Shown here: piece after piece, positions 27,121-40,242 of the stretch
Layout: each line of letters starts with the position of its first letter
Numbering within the stretch: the first letter of the stretch is position 1
Notes under the pieces: generated by a model
Database searches by the model: none
What the model was told of the DNA's origin: nothing
What the model saw: only the letters and a program-made list of their open reading frames with translations
Source: Ostrea edulis
Taxonomy: Eukaryota
Length of the DNA stretch: 64,000 nt
Direction of reading: 5' to 3'
Assembly (NCBI RefSeq): GCF_947568905.1
Contig: NC_079170.1
Span: forward strand, 42,470,001 to 42,534,000
Program-made: the position numbers and the translations under genes

Positions 27121-29148
27121 GATTGTATGATAAATTCTAAAGAAAGGGATGAGCATTGAAAGCGCTGTATAAATCCTAGGTGTAGCCTACGTAACATCTG
27201 TAATATAATCACGGCCCAGCTGGTTGCGAATGTAAACGATGACAGTGTTTGAGGTGCCGTAGGGAGAGGTTACATGTGTGTGTTGTAGCGTGGACCGGTG
27301 GCAAGAAAAAATTTAGCTGTGTGTTGTTTAACACTTTTTCAATGAAGTTCTGTCCTCATCTTGTTGTGACCGGTCATGTAGTATCGGTAATGACCGTTCC
27401 CACGTGAAGCGCTCGGCATTTGGAGGGTCTTTTTAGTATGTCCTTAAAAAGGGTGGTTCCCTGTCACAATGGGCGTTGACGCGATAACTAACTCTCCCTA
27501 TATTGACTGTAAACGTCATACACCCAGAACTGATGACATCTCAAATTTACTTTAAAAAAACAAACAACATATAGAAACAACCTATCTTGCTGGGTATTTC
27601 TGTATTTGTGTGACTTCGCTAGATCGAGCAGGCACATTTTTGGGCAAGGCTTTTCATAGATTTCAGTGAAACAGGTTTTACGTTTGTTCTCAGTGACCAA
27701 TCACAATATCGTGGTCATCCAAACCAACTTTTATTAACACCGTACGGCCAATCAGTGAGCGATTTCAACTGTACTATATTATTCTTCGGAATTTATTAGA
27801 ATCCACATCTTACTTACACCACTTTTGGCATATTCTCCTTCACAGCACACAATACTTTCGTGAGGAGTAACGATAGGGGCGTAGCCTAGAACCTGTATAG
27901 AATCCTGTAATGCATCTCTGTTTATAAGGATTTTTGTGCAGTTTTTTCTTAATCCAGTTCTTTTTTTTCACTTTAAACATAAGTGCATGTATAGTGTATA
28001 CATATACATGTATGTATTATTGAAATAATTCCACCGTATTGAGTGTCCCGCGAATATCAGTCTAAGTGAAAGTGATAACCATAATACATTCATTGTGATC
28101 GTTCTACTACATGTGGAATCATATAAAATGGGATGGCCTACTAAACGAATACATGCATGGTGATTAATTAGAAATAGCTTGCGTGAGTATACGGAATCGT
28201 TTAAATATTCACAGTGTTTGTTTGTTTTTATATACACATGTACATTGTATGTGTGTGTGTTTTGATTTAATCGGGTTCTAGTAAGAAATTGCATGTTGAA
28301 ATATGAACAACGTAAATGAAAGTTTATTATTTTATTATTCCTTATTTCATTTTCATTATTTCAGCAAAAAATGGGGAGACTATACGTACTTTCTTACACA
28401 CGTGCGTTACAACACTCGCAGCCACAGACACTAAGTGACCCTGGTTTCAGATATAAAGTTCCTAGACAGAGAATGCTGTACAGTCAATTTTGTCTCCTAT
28501 TATGAAATGTCGCATTAGTGCAAACTGAAAACTGTACATTGACATTTTCATCATCTGTGTATCATTTTTATTGCCTTTATATTTTCTTTCTTTACATACA
28601 CATATATATATATATGTCTGCTCTGACGGAATCTAAATATCCTCTGATGTGACCTTGAATGGACCTTAATGTAAAAACAAGAACCTTGAAACACGGGGTT
28701 TTTTGGGTGTAAGAATGCGGAATTAAAGATAACATGGTGCACTTGGCATTGACATAATGTCGTGTCTTTTTACGGATAGATTCTTTTCATATTCATGTGA
28801 TATTTTGTATGCAATAACCATGTAAAGAAAGCATTGTACTGACATTCAGAAAAGTGGCCGGCTGTGGCAGTTTTCTTCATTTTACTATTATTATACTATG
28901 GTATTTACATTTCCTAGATATTTTTGTAATTGGTCGTTTATTTTCAGCTTTGGTGTAATTATTATGCATGTTGAGTTTGTTATAATGCTATAAGATTTAT
29001 GTCTTTCGAAATAAAGGAATTGAATTGGGTTCTCGTTTTTGTGTCAATGTTATTTCAAGGCCACACTCTTTTAATTCCAAAGGACATTGAAATCCCCTGA
29101 GAGCAGATATAAATTGTATATACTTGTGATTTAGTTGAAATTTTATGG

Positions 29149-29857
29149 TAAAAGGAAAGGCAACCCCAAAGAAATTTTACATGATAAGTGGTAGGATTAA
29201 TTATTTAATAAAAATTTGCCATATTATTCTGTTGATAGACGGCCTAAATAAACATCAGTACTAATTTGAAAACGTTAAAAAATGAAATTCCCGCCATCTA
29301 TAGAGGCTGGCATGATGTGAAACTCTTTTGTATTCAAGACCACAAAAATCAATAATTTTGACGTCACACTGTCTGTTCCGGTTTTGATGAGATAGATGTG
29401 CATGTGGTAGATTTTTACGAATAAATAGGTTAATGACTTCCTGCCAAGCAGCTAATTAGACTGTAAACTGTGGATTCATCATTTGCGTAATGACAAGTTG
29501 AGATTCGAGACATTTGTTTGAAGAAACGTACCGTTTGCCTGGTCTGCGACTCGATTGAACGTCTTCTTTTCTTAATTTCTTCTTGTGAAAGAATGGGCTC
29601 AAATCTATATGGCTCCAAACTTAACCGTTGAATGTTCGTGACGTGTCATGTTTACAGTGCTGCTGATGAAATAAAACCGGAACAGATGGTGTGACGTCAT
29701 GAATTAAACTCAATGGCCGCTCTCTTAGCGGCGGGTAATTCAAAATATATGATTGTTAAGCAAGGATCTTTGTTGTTAAAGACTATCATTTACGATATCA
29801 GTAAGTAATGCTTTATTCATAAAAGCAACAATGTGGTTAGGGTTGCCTTTCCCTTTA
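29149..29857. mobile_element. Non-autonomous DNA transposon with nested inverted repeats (Kolobok-like)
   Basis: Outer IR taaa(a/g)ggaaaggcaaccc at 29149-29166 and 29840-29857. Inner ~30-bp IR at 29359-29389 and 29670-29700. Relic ORF MEPYRFEP... at 29430-29618 (-). Confidence 0.6.
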
Positions 29858-29949
29858 GTTTGCAGGATAATCATTACATTTTCTAGCTGTTTGCAGAATA
29901 CATGTATATTTAATGATCACTGGTGGTGTGTGTATTGGTGGTGTGTGTA

Positions 29950-30440
29950 TTTATAGAGCTGACTTGGGGTTTTGAAAATCTTTACATTATTGAGCGTATC
30001 CACTTAAAAGTTTTAAAATACATTTTTAATTTAAAAAGTAATACCCCAATTCATATGGCCTATGGAGAAACGGGTCGTTTCCCCTTGTAAGTAATGTTCA
30101 GTATATATCGAAGAATGATATCTCACTGGGCAAAATAACTTTTAAGTCCCGAGAGTAAAGTTATTTGTATTTTTATAAGTCTTTATATGATTAATTTTGT
30201 AAAAGTACTTATGTGAACTCTTGGCTATCGTGTATTAAAAATATTTTTGATCTTTGTAGGTATTCCAACGTATGGAATCAAAAAACCTTTACAAACATCA
30301 AATGGATAAAAACTACTGTTGAACAACGTCTAAGAGATCAGTATATACAGAAATGGCAACGTGATATCAGCGAGTGGTCTATATGGATTAGATATACGGT
30401 ATTTTCAAAAGTGAATTTGGATTTGAAAAATCGCTAAAAC
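29950..30440 (+). mobile_element. LINE ORF2 C-terminal fragment
   Basis: IERIHLKVLKYIFNLKSNTPIHMAYGETGRFPL, then NSWLSCIKNIF...VEQRLRDQYIQKWQRDI. This is a typical post-RT region of non-LTR elements. Confidence 0.7.
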
Positions 30441-30569
30441 GCATCAAAGATGCGTATGGCCGAGTTGCAGTTTGGAAAATTATGCACGCTTGCATTCACG
30501 AAGTAAAAACATGCACGTATTTAATATACTATATAAGTATGAAGCTTTGAATGGCTGCAATAGGTATTT

Positions 30570-31085
30570 AGTGTGATAATGACCTCTACCTTTGGCCTTT
30601 GGATTTCAAAAGCAACATGAATCTTGAATGTCATCAGGATTTGAAGTCTGATAAACATGCACCACCAAGTACATGTATAAAAGTTAGAGGCAAGCTCAAA
30701 TCTACAGTATATAGTGAAAAAGAGACCTTGACCTTTGACCTTTTGACTTCAAAATAAATTGGAACGTTCCTCTTTTGGATGTGATCAAAATATGCAAGTC
30801 TGACAAAGACGCACCAAGTAGTATGGAAGATAGAGACCAGACAAGCTCAAATCTATGGCATTTAGTGACAAAGTGACCTTGACTTTTTGACCTCAAAATA
30901 AATAGGAATCTTCCTTTATTGGATGTGATCATGTTATGCAAGTCTCACAAAGATGCACCAAAAAGTATGACAGTTAGAGACCGGACAAGCGAATAGTGGA
31001 CGCCGCCCACCCACCCGGCCGCACTATTGGACGCCCATGCTTCGCCAATTTAAAAGCCTATATTTGCTACGCAACTCGGCTAAAA
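30570..31085 (-). mobile_element. Satellite-bearing pearl/HINE-like element with ~144-bp internal repeats
   Basis: Recurrent gaccttgacctttgac...caaaataaat (offset 144 between 30750 and 30894). The terminus reads tttttagccgag on the minus strand, followed by a short hairpin aatagtg...cactatt around (GGGT)n. Confidence 0.55.
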
Positions 31086-32132
31086 ATATCTAATTTTATG
31101 TGAACTACCAAAAAAGCTAGAACAATATTTATTGGATTCAGAGCTGCAAATCGCCGACTTTCAGTCGAGACTGGGATAGAATTTGTCATATCTGTAACAA
31201 GGGTCAAATAACTGATCAATATCATTATATCCTCGAGTGTCAGCTTTTTGAAGAATGGCGAAAAAACAAACATATTTGTATAGAAAATATTGTTATAAAC
31301 CAAACTTCTACAAATTTTCTGAATTATTGTCATCTGCTGACTCGAATGTACTTATCAAATTGTGTACTTTCATATCTAAAATGTTTGACCAAGTCTGTCT
31401 TCATATCTAAAATAAATGACCAAGTCTGTCGTCCTTAATTCCTTTCATTCACCTAAACTTAATCTGCTCTTTTCATGTGTACCTAGCTTATTGTCTTTAT
31501 TTGTGTATATTGTGTATAGAACCTCATGTAACATAAAGTTGTGCGAGAGAATAAACGGAACTTGAGCTTGCAGACTGTCCAGCACGGAGTCTGCTAATGG
31601 CCACTGGGAAATCAATAAAATATAAGGTTGACCGAATTTTCTGTGATAATTCTAGATTTCTGCATATTGATCATTATTTTCTGACATGCCTCTGCTGTTT
31701 AAATTTTGGGGGAGTTTTCACATGATAAAATCGTGTAATAAAGCCAGTGCATAATATGGGGAAAAAAAGTATAGGGATATCGGATTACATACGAAAGAAA
31801 TGATTTTCTCGACATTTAAAATGGCCGGCACCAAATAGGGTAACAATTTCAAAAATTATTTTAAAAAAACAAACAATATATTCTGTTAGTTTTTTCAGTT
31901 ACGACTTGTTTTGACCATCTTTTTTTCTGGTACTACTGGAGGCAAAAGTCGGTAGGTACTTTCTAGTTGTTCAAAAAAGGAGATGATGATACCATTTTAC
32001 AACACCATTGATTCCGTTAATATAGTCCGCTCTTGATTCACATTTTAGCATTAAATGCTTGAACTGTAATGAAGACGGCTTCACACACATGATTCCCTAA
32101 CTGGAATATTTTTTCCTTTCTATTCTTTTTGT

Positions 32133-32136
<4 letters not shown>

Positions 32137-32188
<52 letters not shown>
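32137..32188. repeat. (TG)n microsatellite
   Basis: Direct reading, ~26 units. Confidence 0.98.
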
Positions 32189-32190
<2 letters not shown>

Positions 32191-33465
32191 GTCCATGTAT
32201 CTAATCAAATGTAGGCGTATATAGTGTCTTTTTCACCGATGTGTATTCAGAAATGAAATGTGACGATATGACTTCTACTACATAGATAAACAATTGCGGA
32301 GAGACTACAAAGAAAACAACCTTTTGATTTAGCGCCGAGCAAGTGGAATAAGAAACAAAAAGAGATAAAATGATCCTCTCTTCACAGACAACGATCTGAC
32401 CTCTGTATACAAACGGAGTTCTCTTTGTAGATATCGAGGCCACGTCCATTCAAACACCAGCGCCTGTGCAAAAGGATGTTCAAAAGTTTTTACAATGCTT
32501 GCAGCCTTCACGCTTAATTTAACATGTATTATGAAGCTTGTAATTACTGAATAGTGAAGCGACCTGCCACTGCAACTTGATATGAACGCTTGTTAAAACG
32601 GGTGACTATCAAACCCGGTCGAATTGCAGCATTGGTTAGAAGAATGTAAACTTTCAGTACTTCGTAAATAATGTTATGTCCGAATTAGGTCAGGGTTCAG
32701 TTAAAAGGTTGTTAGACACCCCACCCCGGCCGCTTCATTCAAGACAACCTTTAAATGATAACAAAAACTGACCCATGCTTTGTTTATCTTGTGGTCAGAA
32801 TATACGGCATATGGTGATAATGGTCAGCTAAACAGATCGATATATCACAGATCAGTACGTGTACAGATCGATATAATGCCGCAAAGAGAGGAGTAACACT
32901 GGTCAGTTGCTTCTGGCTGGCGGGAGAATCCCTCGCCGCTCTTATCCTGGAGTAATTTGATGAAGGCGATAATAATGTCCAAAATACACGTCTGATTTCC
33001 GGGATCGATTATACGGGCTTAGACTGAGACAAATTATCAGACTTCATTAGAATTATTATCTGCATTTTTTAATACCTAGATAAAGAAATAGAAGGGGATA
33101 TTGTTATTGTTACAACCACGTATATACTGCAAGTTCACAGATAAGGGGCGTCCCCCCGTACAAGCGGACAGCTACCCGTCACATCTTTGTTGACAAAGAA
33201 GACTTATCCGCGCCCGAAAGCACTCATCTGTAGATATTTAAATACAGTGGAAAGCACTCATCTGTGGGAAATTCAGTGAATGAGAGAAATTCGCTCTCCA
33301 AACATCGGCGGCTGTTTTTGGACAAACATCGAGCCACACTAACCTAAGGAGTTTTTGCACCCGCGTTATTTGGAGATTAACCTCTCTTGAAATTGTGAAG
33401 ACTCCGAAAGCTGTCCTGAAAGAAATACTTTAGACTTTTTTCTTCGTAAAAAAGCAATTTCAGCT

Positions 33466-33594
33466 ATGGCTACAGAATCGTCTGAGGTGAAACTGACCAT
33501 TGGAAATGAAAACGTGAAAGCAAATGACGTCACAGGTGGAATGGAAATTGACATTCATGAGCGGGACCCCAACAACCTGCACGATGACCTCAAG
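33466..33594 (+). CDS. CAV: Caveolin, coding exon 1
   Basis: MATESSEVKL...MEIDIHERDPNNLHDDLK resembles EIDLVNRDPKHLNDDVVK of caveolin-1. 129 nt, donor AAG|gtactt, phase 0. Confidence 0.9.
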
Positions 33595-34717
33595 GTACTT
33601 TTGATTGTATGTCCGTTTAATGAAGACGGAACCTAATTAAGGAATTAGTTTCTCCGGATTCTTTGTATTTTAGAGGTACATTTCTAAAAACATTGGAGGT
33701 ATTATGTGTTAATTACTCCATGTTCCTATCATTGATATACCACCTTAGTGCATACTGTCTAAATGCAAGCACCTGTTTACTAAACAGTCCTGATATTCAT
33801 ACTTTGTTACGAAAGCATGAAGAGATTCTACTGCTCTGTATAGCAAGTCTCTTTCTGAAACTGAGTAAGCATGCGCAGCTGTTTAAAAATTATTGAATTA
33901 GCAAATTGTTATTATTGATAAAGCCTGGGTGAATGTAAATATGATGATTTAGAACGGAGCAGCACAATCGATGTAAATTTACTGATGAATAAGAGGAGTT
34001 ATCAGTGTGATATGCAAAGAAATTAATGAACGTTCAAGGTGGAAAGGGTTTCAATTGAGAAGGAGTTGGAAATGCACCCCAACCAAACAAAAAACTTCAT
34101 AAAGGAAACACCTCAACCTCCACGCCTCCCTCAACAAAGATTTCACAATCTGGTCACTACAATGTACCATGCTGTTGAGATTTTTCACGAACTCTAAACT
34201 TTGCAGGACGAGGGTACATTTAAATCTCAGTTGACACAACTAATTTGGACTAAAGAGGATAAGGGACAGAGGACTGCTATGATTCAGATTTAACATTTAC
34301 ACCTAGTAAATTTAGAACTTGTAGCTTTAAAGTCTTTTTAAAAAATCACTTGGGGAGGGGGAAGGGCATCTTAAGTCGCAGCCCCTCCACTTTGCAAACT
34401 TTTTTGGATCCACCACTGGGACGTCAGTGGACAGATCTATATGGGTAAAGGTTAGGATTTGACACAATTTCAGAGTCGATAAAATATTTTTCAATATTTA
34501 TCTGATGTAAGCAAACTTTTAATATGCTGCATGAATTAACGACTTTGACATTTATAGGCAGTGTGCACATGTGCACGTGAACTGTTAAAGTAATCTACAC
34601 TGAAATCTCGATAATTACGAGGAATCAGGAGAGCGTATTTAATTGTTTACGACTGGGGTATTTGGGGGGTTTAGAATTGCAGAGCTTTCATTGCGAGATA
34701 TTTTACATTCTTGACAG

Positions 34718-34795
34718 ATCCAGTTTCAAGAAATAATTGGGGAGCCTCATACAGATGTCTTCTCCATTGACTGTGTGTGGACCAACAGCTTCAAG
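34718..34795 (+). CDS. CAV: Caveolin, coding exon 2 (signature and scaffolding region)
   Basis: ttcttgacag|IQFQEIIGEPHTDVFSIDCVWTNSFK|gtatgt, 78 nt, phase 0-0. Matches the caveolin signature region FEDVIAEP...SFDGIWKASF. Confidence 0.9.
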
Positions 34796-34849
34796 GTATG
34801 TATGAGGGTCATACTCTACTGCAAAGCCCGGCTCCCTGGACAAGGACAG

Positions 34850-35700
34850 TAACGTCCTATCGCAGTACCAGAGACCGGTACCAAAGACCAGTCATTAACG
34901 TCATACCGCAGTACCAGAGACCGGCCCCTGGGCATTAAAGTCCTACCGTAGTACCAGAGAACGGCCCCTGGGCATTAAGGTCCTACTGTAGTACCAGAGA
35001 CGGGTCCCTGGGCATTAAAGTCCTACCGTAGTACCAGAGAACGGCCCCTGGGCATTAAGGTCCTACTGTAGTACCAGAGACGGGTCCCTGGGCATTAAAG
35101 TCATACCGCTGTACTAGAGACCGGTCCCTGGACAGGGCATTAACGTCCTACCGCAGTATCAAAGATCAGTCATTAACATCCCCCGCAGTACTAGAGATCG
35201 GTCCCTGGGCATTAACGTCCTACCGCAGTATCAGATACCAGTCATTAACCCCCCCCCCCCCCCCCGCAGTACTAGAGACCGGTCCCTGGGCATTAACTTC
35301 CTACCGCAGCACTAGAGACCGATACCTGGGCAGGGTATTAACGTCATACCGCAGTACCAGAGACCAGTCATTAACGTCATACCGTAGTACCAGAGACCAG
35401 TCATTAACACACACATACCCCCCCCCCCCCCCCCCGCAGTACTAGAGACCGGTCCCTGGACATTAACGTCCTACCGCAGTATCAGAGAACAGTCATTAAC
35501 ACACACACACACACACACACACGCAGTACTAGAGACCGGCCCCTGGGCATTAACGTCCTACCACAGCACTAGAGACCTGTCCCTGGGCAGGGCATTAACG
35601 TCATACCGCAGTACTAGAGACTGGGTCTGGGTAGAGCATCGACGCTCTATTGCAGGACTAAAGACCGGACCCTTGGTAGGACATCAACACTAAGGCAGGA
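34850..35700. repeat. 40-bp minisatellite in caveolin intron, with embedded poly-C and (CA)n
   Basis: Unit cgcagtactagagaccggtccctgggcattaacgtcctac. 34941-35020 is repeated exactly at 35021-35100. Confidence 0.93.
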
Positions 35701-38113
35701 TTAGAGACCAAGGAATCTATATACCTCATACTTGACAGACTATAACTCATATTGCTGTAGATTTTATGAAGGTTCGATCACCACTAGATCTGTTTCTGAG
35801 CGTGATATCCACGCCCTCTATATGTAATGCATAAAAGTCTTGCTAATTGAGTAAACAATGACTTGCGATGCATGGTGTACATACATGTAAATCTGATTTT
35901 TTTTTTAGAAACACTGTGGACAAATCAGTGATTCTGCAATAGCACTGAATGAAAAAAGAGAAGAATTTGCCGTTGTGGATGTAACATAAATGTCAAGTTT
36001 ATATGTTTCCTTTTTACATTAGTATGATTCGGCGAGAGGACGTGTGGTACTTTCTACCAATAAAATGACCATCTAAACAACACACGTGTTCACTGTAAAA
36101 TAAAGGAACGGCGACAACGCCACCTTGCGGGAATCGACACAACTGCGATACGACGCTACATTCTTAAGTTGTACAATAATATCTTTCTATTCTTTCAGAA
36201 TACTGAAACACAAGAAGAACGTATTACAATTCAACCATTCTTAAAACTGAACATGTACAACATATTTTACCTAATTTTACGCGTGATTTCAGTAGAAATA
36301 TGTGCCATTGCCCTAAATAAATGAAATTATCTAGTGTCAACGTCAAGTTCTCTGATAATAATATTGTTGAGAAACTGACTTCTATATATAACATCGGATC
36401 TTATTCTGAAGAGTGTCATGTATACTCACTAACCCGTGAAGAAATTCTATACCGCTTCACATGAGAAACTCTAACTATTTCATTATACAGAAACCGATCT
36501 AGAAAAACTCATTTGAAAGCTTTTATACAAATTATTTTGTTTTGTTTTTTTAATTAGGAAAGAAAAAAATCATGGTAGAGAACGCGACATTTTGGGACCA
36601 TTGAGAATTTCGTTTTTGAAAATGCGCAAAAAATTGGGTTTTTGTTTAATGCGCTTCCAAACTTGTTTTTAACATCATGATTAACGCATCTTGGAGTGAA
36701 ATTTAAAATCTTTTAATTTTAGATAATTAATTCAGAATTGATCTCCTTGGATGTTCAGCTGCAGCACCGATAAAATAAGTTTTGAAATGTAATAGTTTTG
36801 ATATTTTGGGGAGCCTCCGCGGTGATACACTGCCCGTGAATCCCCATGATTTTACAAGTCTTCATATTAACTTATCAAGTTTTGTTATTGCTGCAAAACG
36901 GTGTCACAATATCATTTTGAAATTATAGATAATTTCAAATTTCGCACCCCCGTTTTCCCCCGAGTCGATAACCTGTCATCTGCTCGCATGCACATGATGC
37001 TAACACATACAAAATGTAACAGATTATCATGCCCCGTGGAGCCTTCGTTCTCGAGCTGATATCGAGGTCGCATGCACGAGTGAAAAAAAAAATCAGTGTT
37101 AGGATGTACAGGTTACCATCGGAACTTTCAAGTACAGAATATTTCGATATTTTAAATTATTAGATCGTAGACGCTTCGTGCGACCGCTCTTTATATTGTG
37201 AAATGTATACCAACACTTTTTTAGCGATATCGGAAGCAGGCACATACCGTCTATTAATAATTGAGGCCACTATCTGTTTAACAATCAACAATAAATCATT
37301 AATTGGTCAAGGAGACCGGCGTTCATCAAAAGCAGATGTTATGAAGTTTATAATGCTAACAAATTGGAGCATATGTTCTCTTCATAAAGCATGCGTTTTT
37401 GCCTTTATCTCAATTGTATATGCATGGTATGATGGTATGGGCGAAACAACTACACGCGTATAATCAGCGAATTTTCGATTAAATCGTTTACAAAATGTGT
37501 ACAAGAAAATATTGTGCTAACTAGCATATCATATACCAGGGTCCGGCTTTTCGAAAGGTGGTCAACTTTAAAACGGTGTTATCATGGTGTTAACGTCTGT
37601 GTTAAAGTTAACCATGTGACTTAAAACGTTTTTCAAAAGCGAGTTTGAACTTTGCGTTACATGTAACTCTGTGTTAACTTTAATCCACCTTCAGTACCTG
37701 TGTTAAAACTTAACACAATGGTTAAAACAAAAGAAATTTCGTTCAATGTCCCTTAACCTCGAGTTGCAATAACTGAAAATCGTATTCTTGGTATGACTAA
37801 TCTGAACTCGGTGAAATTTGTTGTGACTGAACGTGTGCTCAGGATATAGAGATGACCTTCTAGAGATGACCTTCTCTTTTGTCGTATTACAAGATCACAA
37901 GGCGAATTAAATGTAACGTTAAAGAGGAATACACACATCGTCATAATGTCTTCCTTTCGAAATTCAAATGGAAAAATAAATATCAGTAATCTATTTATTG
38001 TCCTTTTAAACCTGATACACTATACCTAGCCGGATAGCTCCGATAATTTTCGTTTACGACATTATATATAATCACTATTAATTTTGTGTTGTGAATGCCG
38101 GTGTATATACATG

Positions 38114-38169
<56 letters not shown>

Positions 38170-38254
38170 CACAAACAAACAATTATAACACCCAACCTTA
38201 CGTTTACCCCTAGGATCTAAACGATACATGTGAAAATCAATTAATTAATGGGAA

Positions 38255-38346
38255 GTCGTTGTGGCCGAGTGGACTTACGCACTGGTTTGACAATCTTGCT
38301 AGGCGGTGGGTGCCGTAGGTCGCTGGTTCGACCCCGGGCTGGGGCG
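38255..38346 (+). pseudogene. tRNA-Ser/Leu-like relic or SINE head
   Basis: A-box tggccgagtgg at 38262-38272, B-box ggttcgacccc at 38325-38335, long variable region. The stems are broken. Confidence 0.55.
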
Positions 38347-38380
38347 AAAATTTTCAGTACCTAGTTGTGATTATTTAGTG

Positions 38381-38417
<37 letters not shown>

Positions 38418-39368
38418 GAGAGAGAGAGAGAGAGTCGCTTTATTTGGATATCCAGATCCGCCCCTATACCGGGGTCACGTTGAACTCACGCGTGACATCG
38501 CATCGCTACACGTACGGTCGTGGAAATGGAATACGATTGTCGCAAGAGGATCAAACAAAATGTACACTGCATTTGAAAGATTTTATATAAACATGAAGAT
38601 TGCAATTGCACGTTCTATCCATAGAGTTTATTAGTCAGTTCTGTCATTTTTTTTTTTAATTATCATTCAATGAGATCAACCATGGACTCTTATGGGATAC
38701 TAATGCCACCTAAGTGCACATTAATTGCTAGAACCCGCCACAGCTGAAAGTAAATTTCCAGACACGAATTATAAAGGACTGCTCCGAGATTCGGTGAAGC
38801 CGAAGGCGTCAGTCCAAATATTCAGCCGAACCGAATCTTAGCCGAGATTAACTACGCCGTTGCGTACACATACCATGCAAGAAACATGATAGATTATTGT
38901 TCGTAAAATAAGGCGGGGTTATCAGAGAAATGTACATGTCTAAGCGCGGGATGTCTGTCCAGAACCGTAAATTACCTCCCTATATCTCAATAAAAAAAAT
39001 CCTGACAATTTAGAGTTGAAATTGCACTCTGAAAATGTCCTCAATATTATAGCTTTCCCATCAAAGTTACTTCATGTATGTGTGAACTTTAATGAAACAG
39101 ATAAAAGCAAATTTGTCACAAAGTATATGGTTCAAAATAAAGACTAGGAAAGTGACAATTTATCATTTGAACTATTTCTTCGTTGCTTTATTAAATTTTC
39201 AATATTGAAAAACAATAATCTCTCAAAAATGACGAGGCGGATATTCATTAAATTCGGCCTCAACCGATCTCTACAGAGTATAAATCAATGTTTACCAATT
39301 GCAAATAAATATAACCAGTGGCGGATCAAGCACTCCCTCACCAAATAGAATCCATTTGTTAAATATAA

Positions 39369-39511
39369 CCAGTGGCGGATCAAGCACTCCTTCACCAATA
39401 GAATCCATTTCTTCGTAGGAATATGTCCAAACCACTGAAATACATACAGATACAAGACAGGCCCCATCCTTTCACCCCCCCCCCTTTCAGAAATATATGA
39501 ATCCACCACTG
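39369..39511. mobile_element. Small MITE-like element with cagtggcggatc / gaatccaccactg ends; its 5' part is tandemly duplicated at 39307-39360
   Basis: Imperfect 12-13 bp TIRs. A related end, ggatccaccactg, occurs at ~34407. Confidence 0.45.
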
Positions 39512-40242
39512 ATAAGGAACGGAGGTAGAAGTGAACAGGTATCCCTAAGTATATATAGATTTGGGTTACATGGCTTGTAGATCTAATTTTTACTGTTACA
39601 GGGATTTCGGTACACGATCCCGTCGTTTCCAATCATCTTGGTTGAGAGACCGTCACTGGATGCGATACTCTCCGTTGCTAAAGACTCTGTGTTTGTGTAT
39701 ACGTGTATTCTTTTTTTTTTTATTTGAACACTCTGATTCATAGAAAATATTTCGCATCCAGCCCTGTCATTTTCATCCCATACTACAGCTACATATATGT
39801 ATGTAATTCTCAATGTGTCAAGCCTCAGCTGGTATAACTCCCCAAACTAAACAGCCTTTGAAAAATCTATGAAAATTGTCCGATAGTTTAAATCTATTAA
39901 ATAAATAAGACTGATGTCCATATTAGTTTGAATCAGTCCTTATTTTTCAACTTTTTCAACAAAACAACCCTCCCCCATCCAGCGGGAGGGGGCGACCCCT
40001 CCACCATCTACCCCATTTTCGATGCTTCATTCCTCTTAATAAAACCTATACTGTTTTATTATATTGCATACACATGAAAACAATGCTAGGTAGTAGTTTA
40101 GGTATGTATCGCATATTGCATGTGTACTGTCGAATAAATAGTAGCGACCCCCCCCTCCCCCTCCCCCTGTTTTTCTTCCCAGTCTATTATGCATGCGTTT
40201 CAATTCCAATGAAGTTACTAAAGTCCATCGTTTTCCTTTCAG

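Noticed and set aside
27815-27900. Possible minus-strand exon ...SIVCCEGEYAKSG with gtaagt donor; also a short plus-strand ORF after an acceptor-like site at ~28365
   Set aside because: No partner exons or recognisable family, and chance splice-like motifs are frequent.
37540-37715. MITE-like segment rich in gttaa/ttaac motifs
   Set aside because: Only one plausible terminus is visible, which is not enough to call an element.
38255-38346. Functional tRNA gene, likewise 2240-2312 and 43434-43500
   Set aside because: Promoter boxes are present but a cloverleaf cannot be formed.
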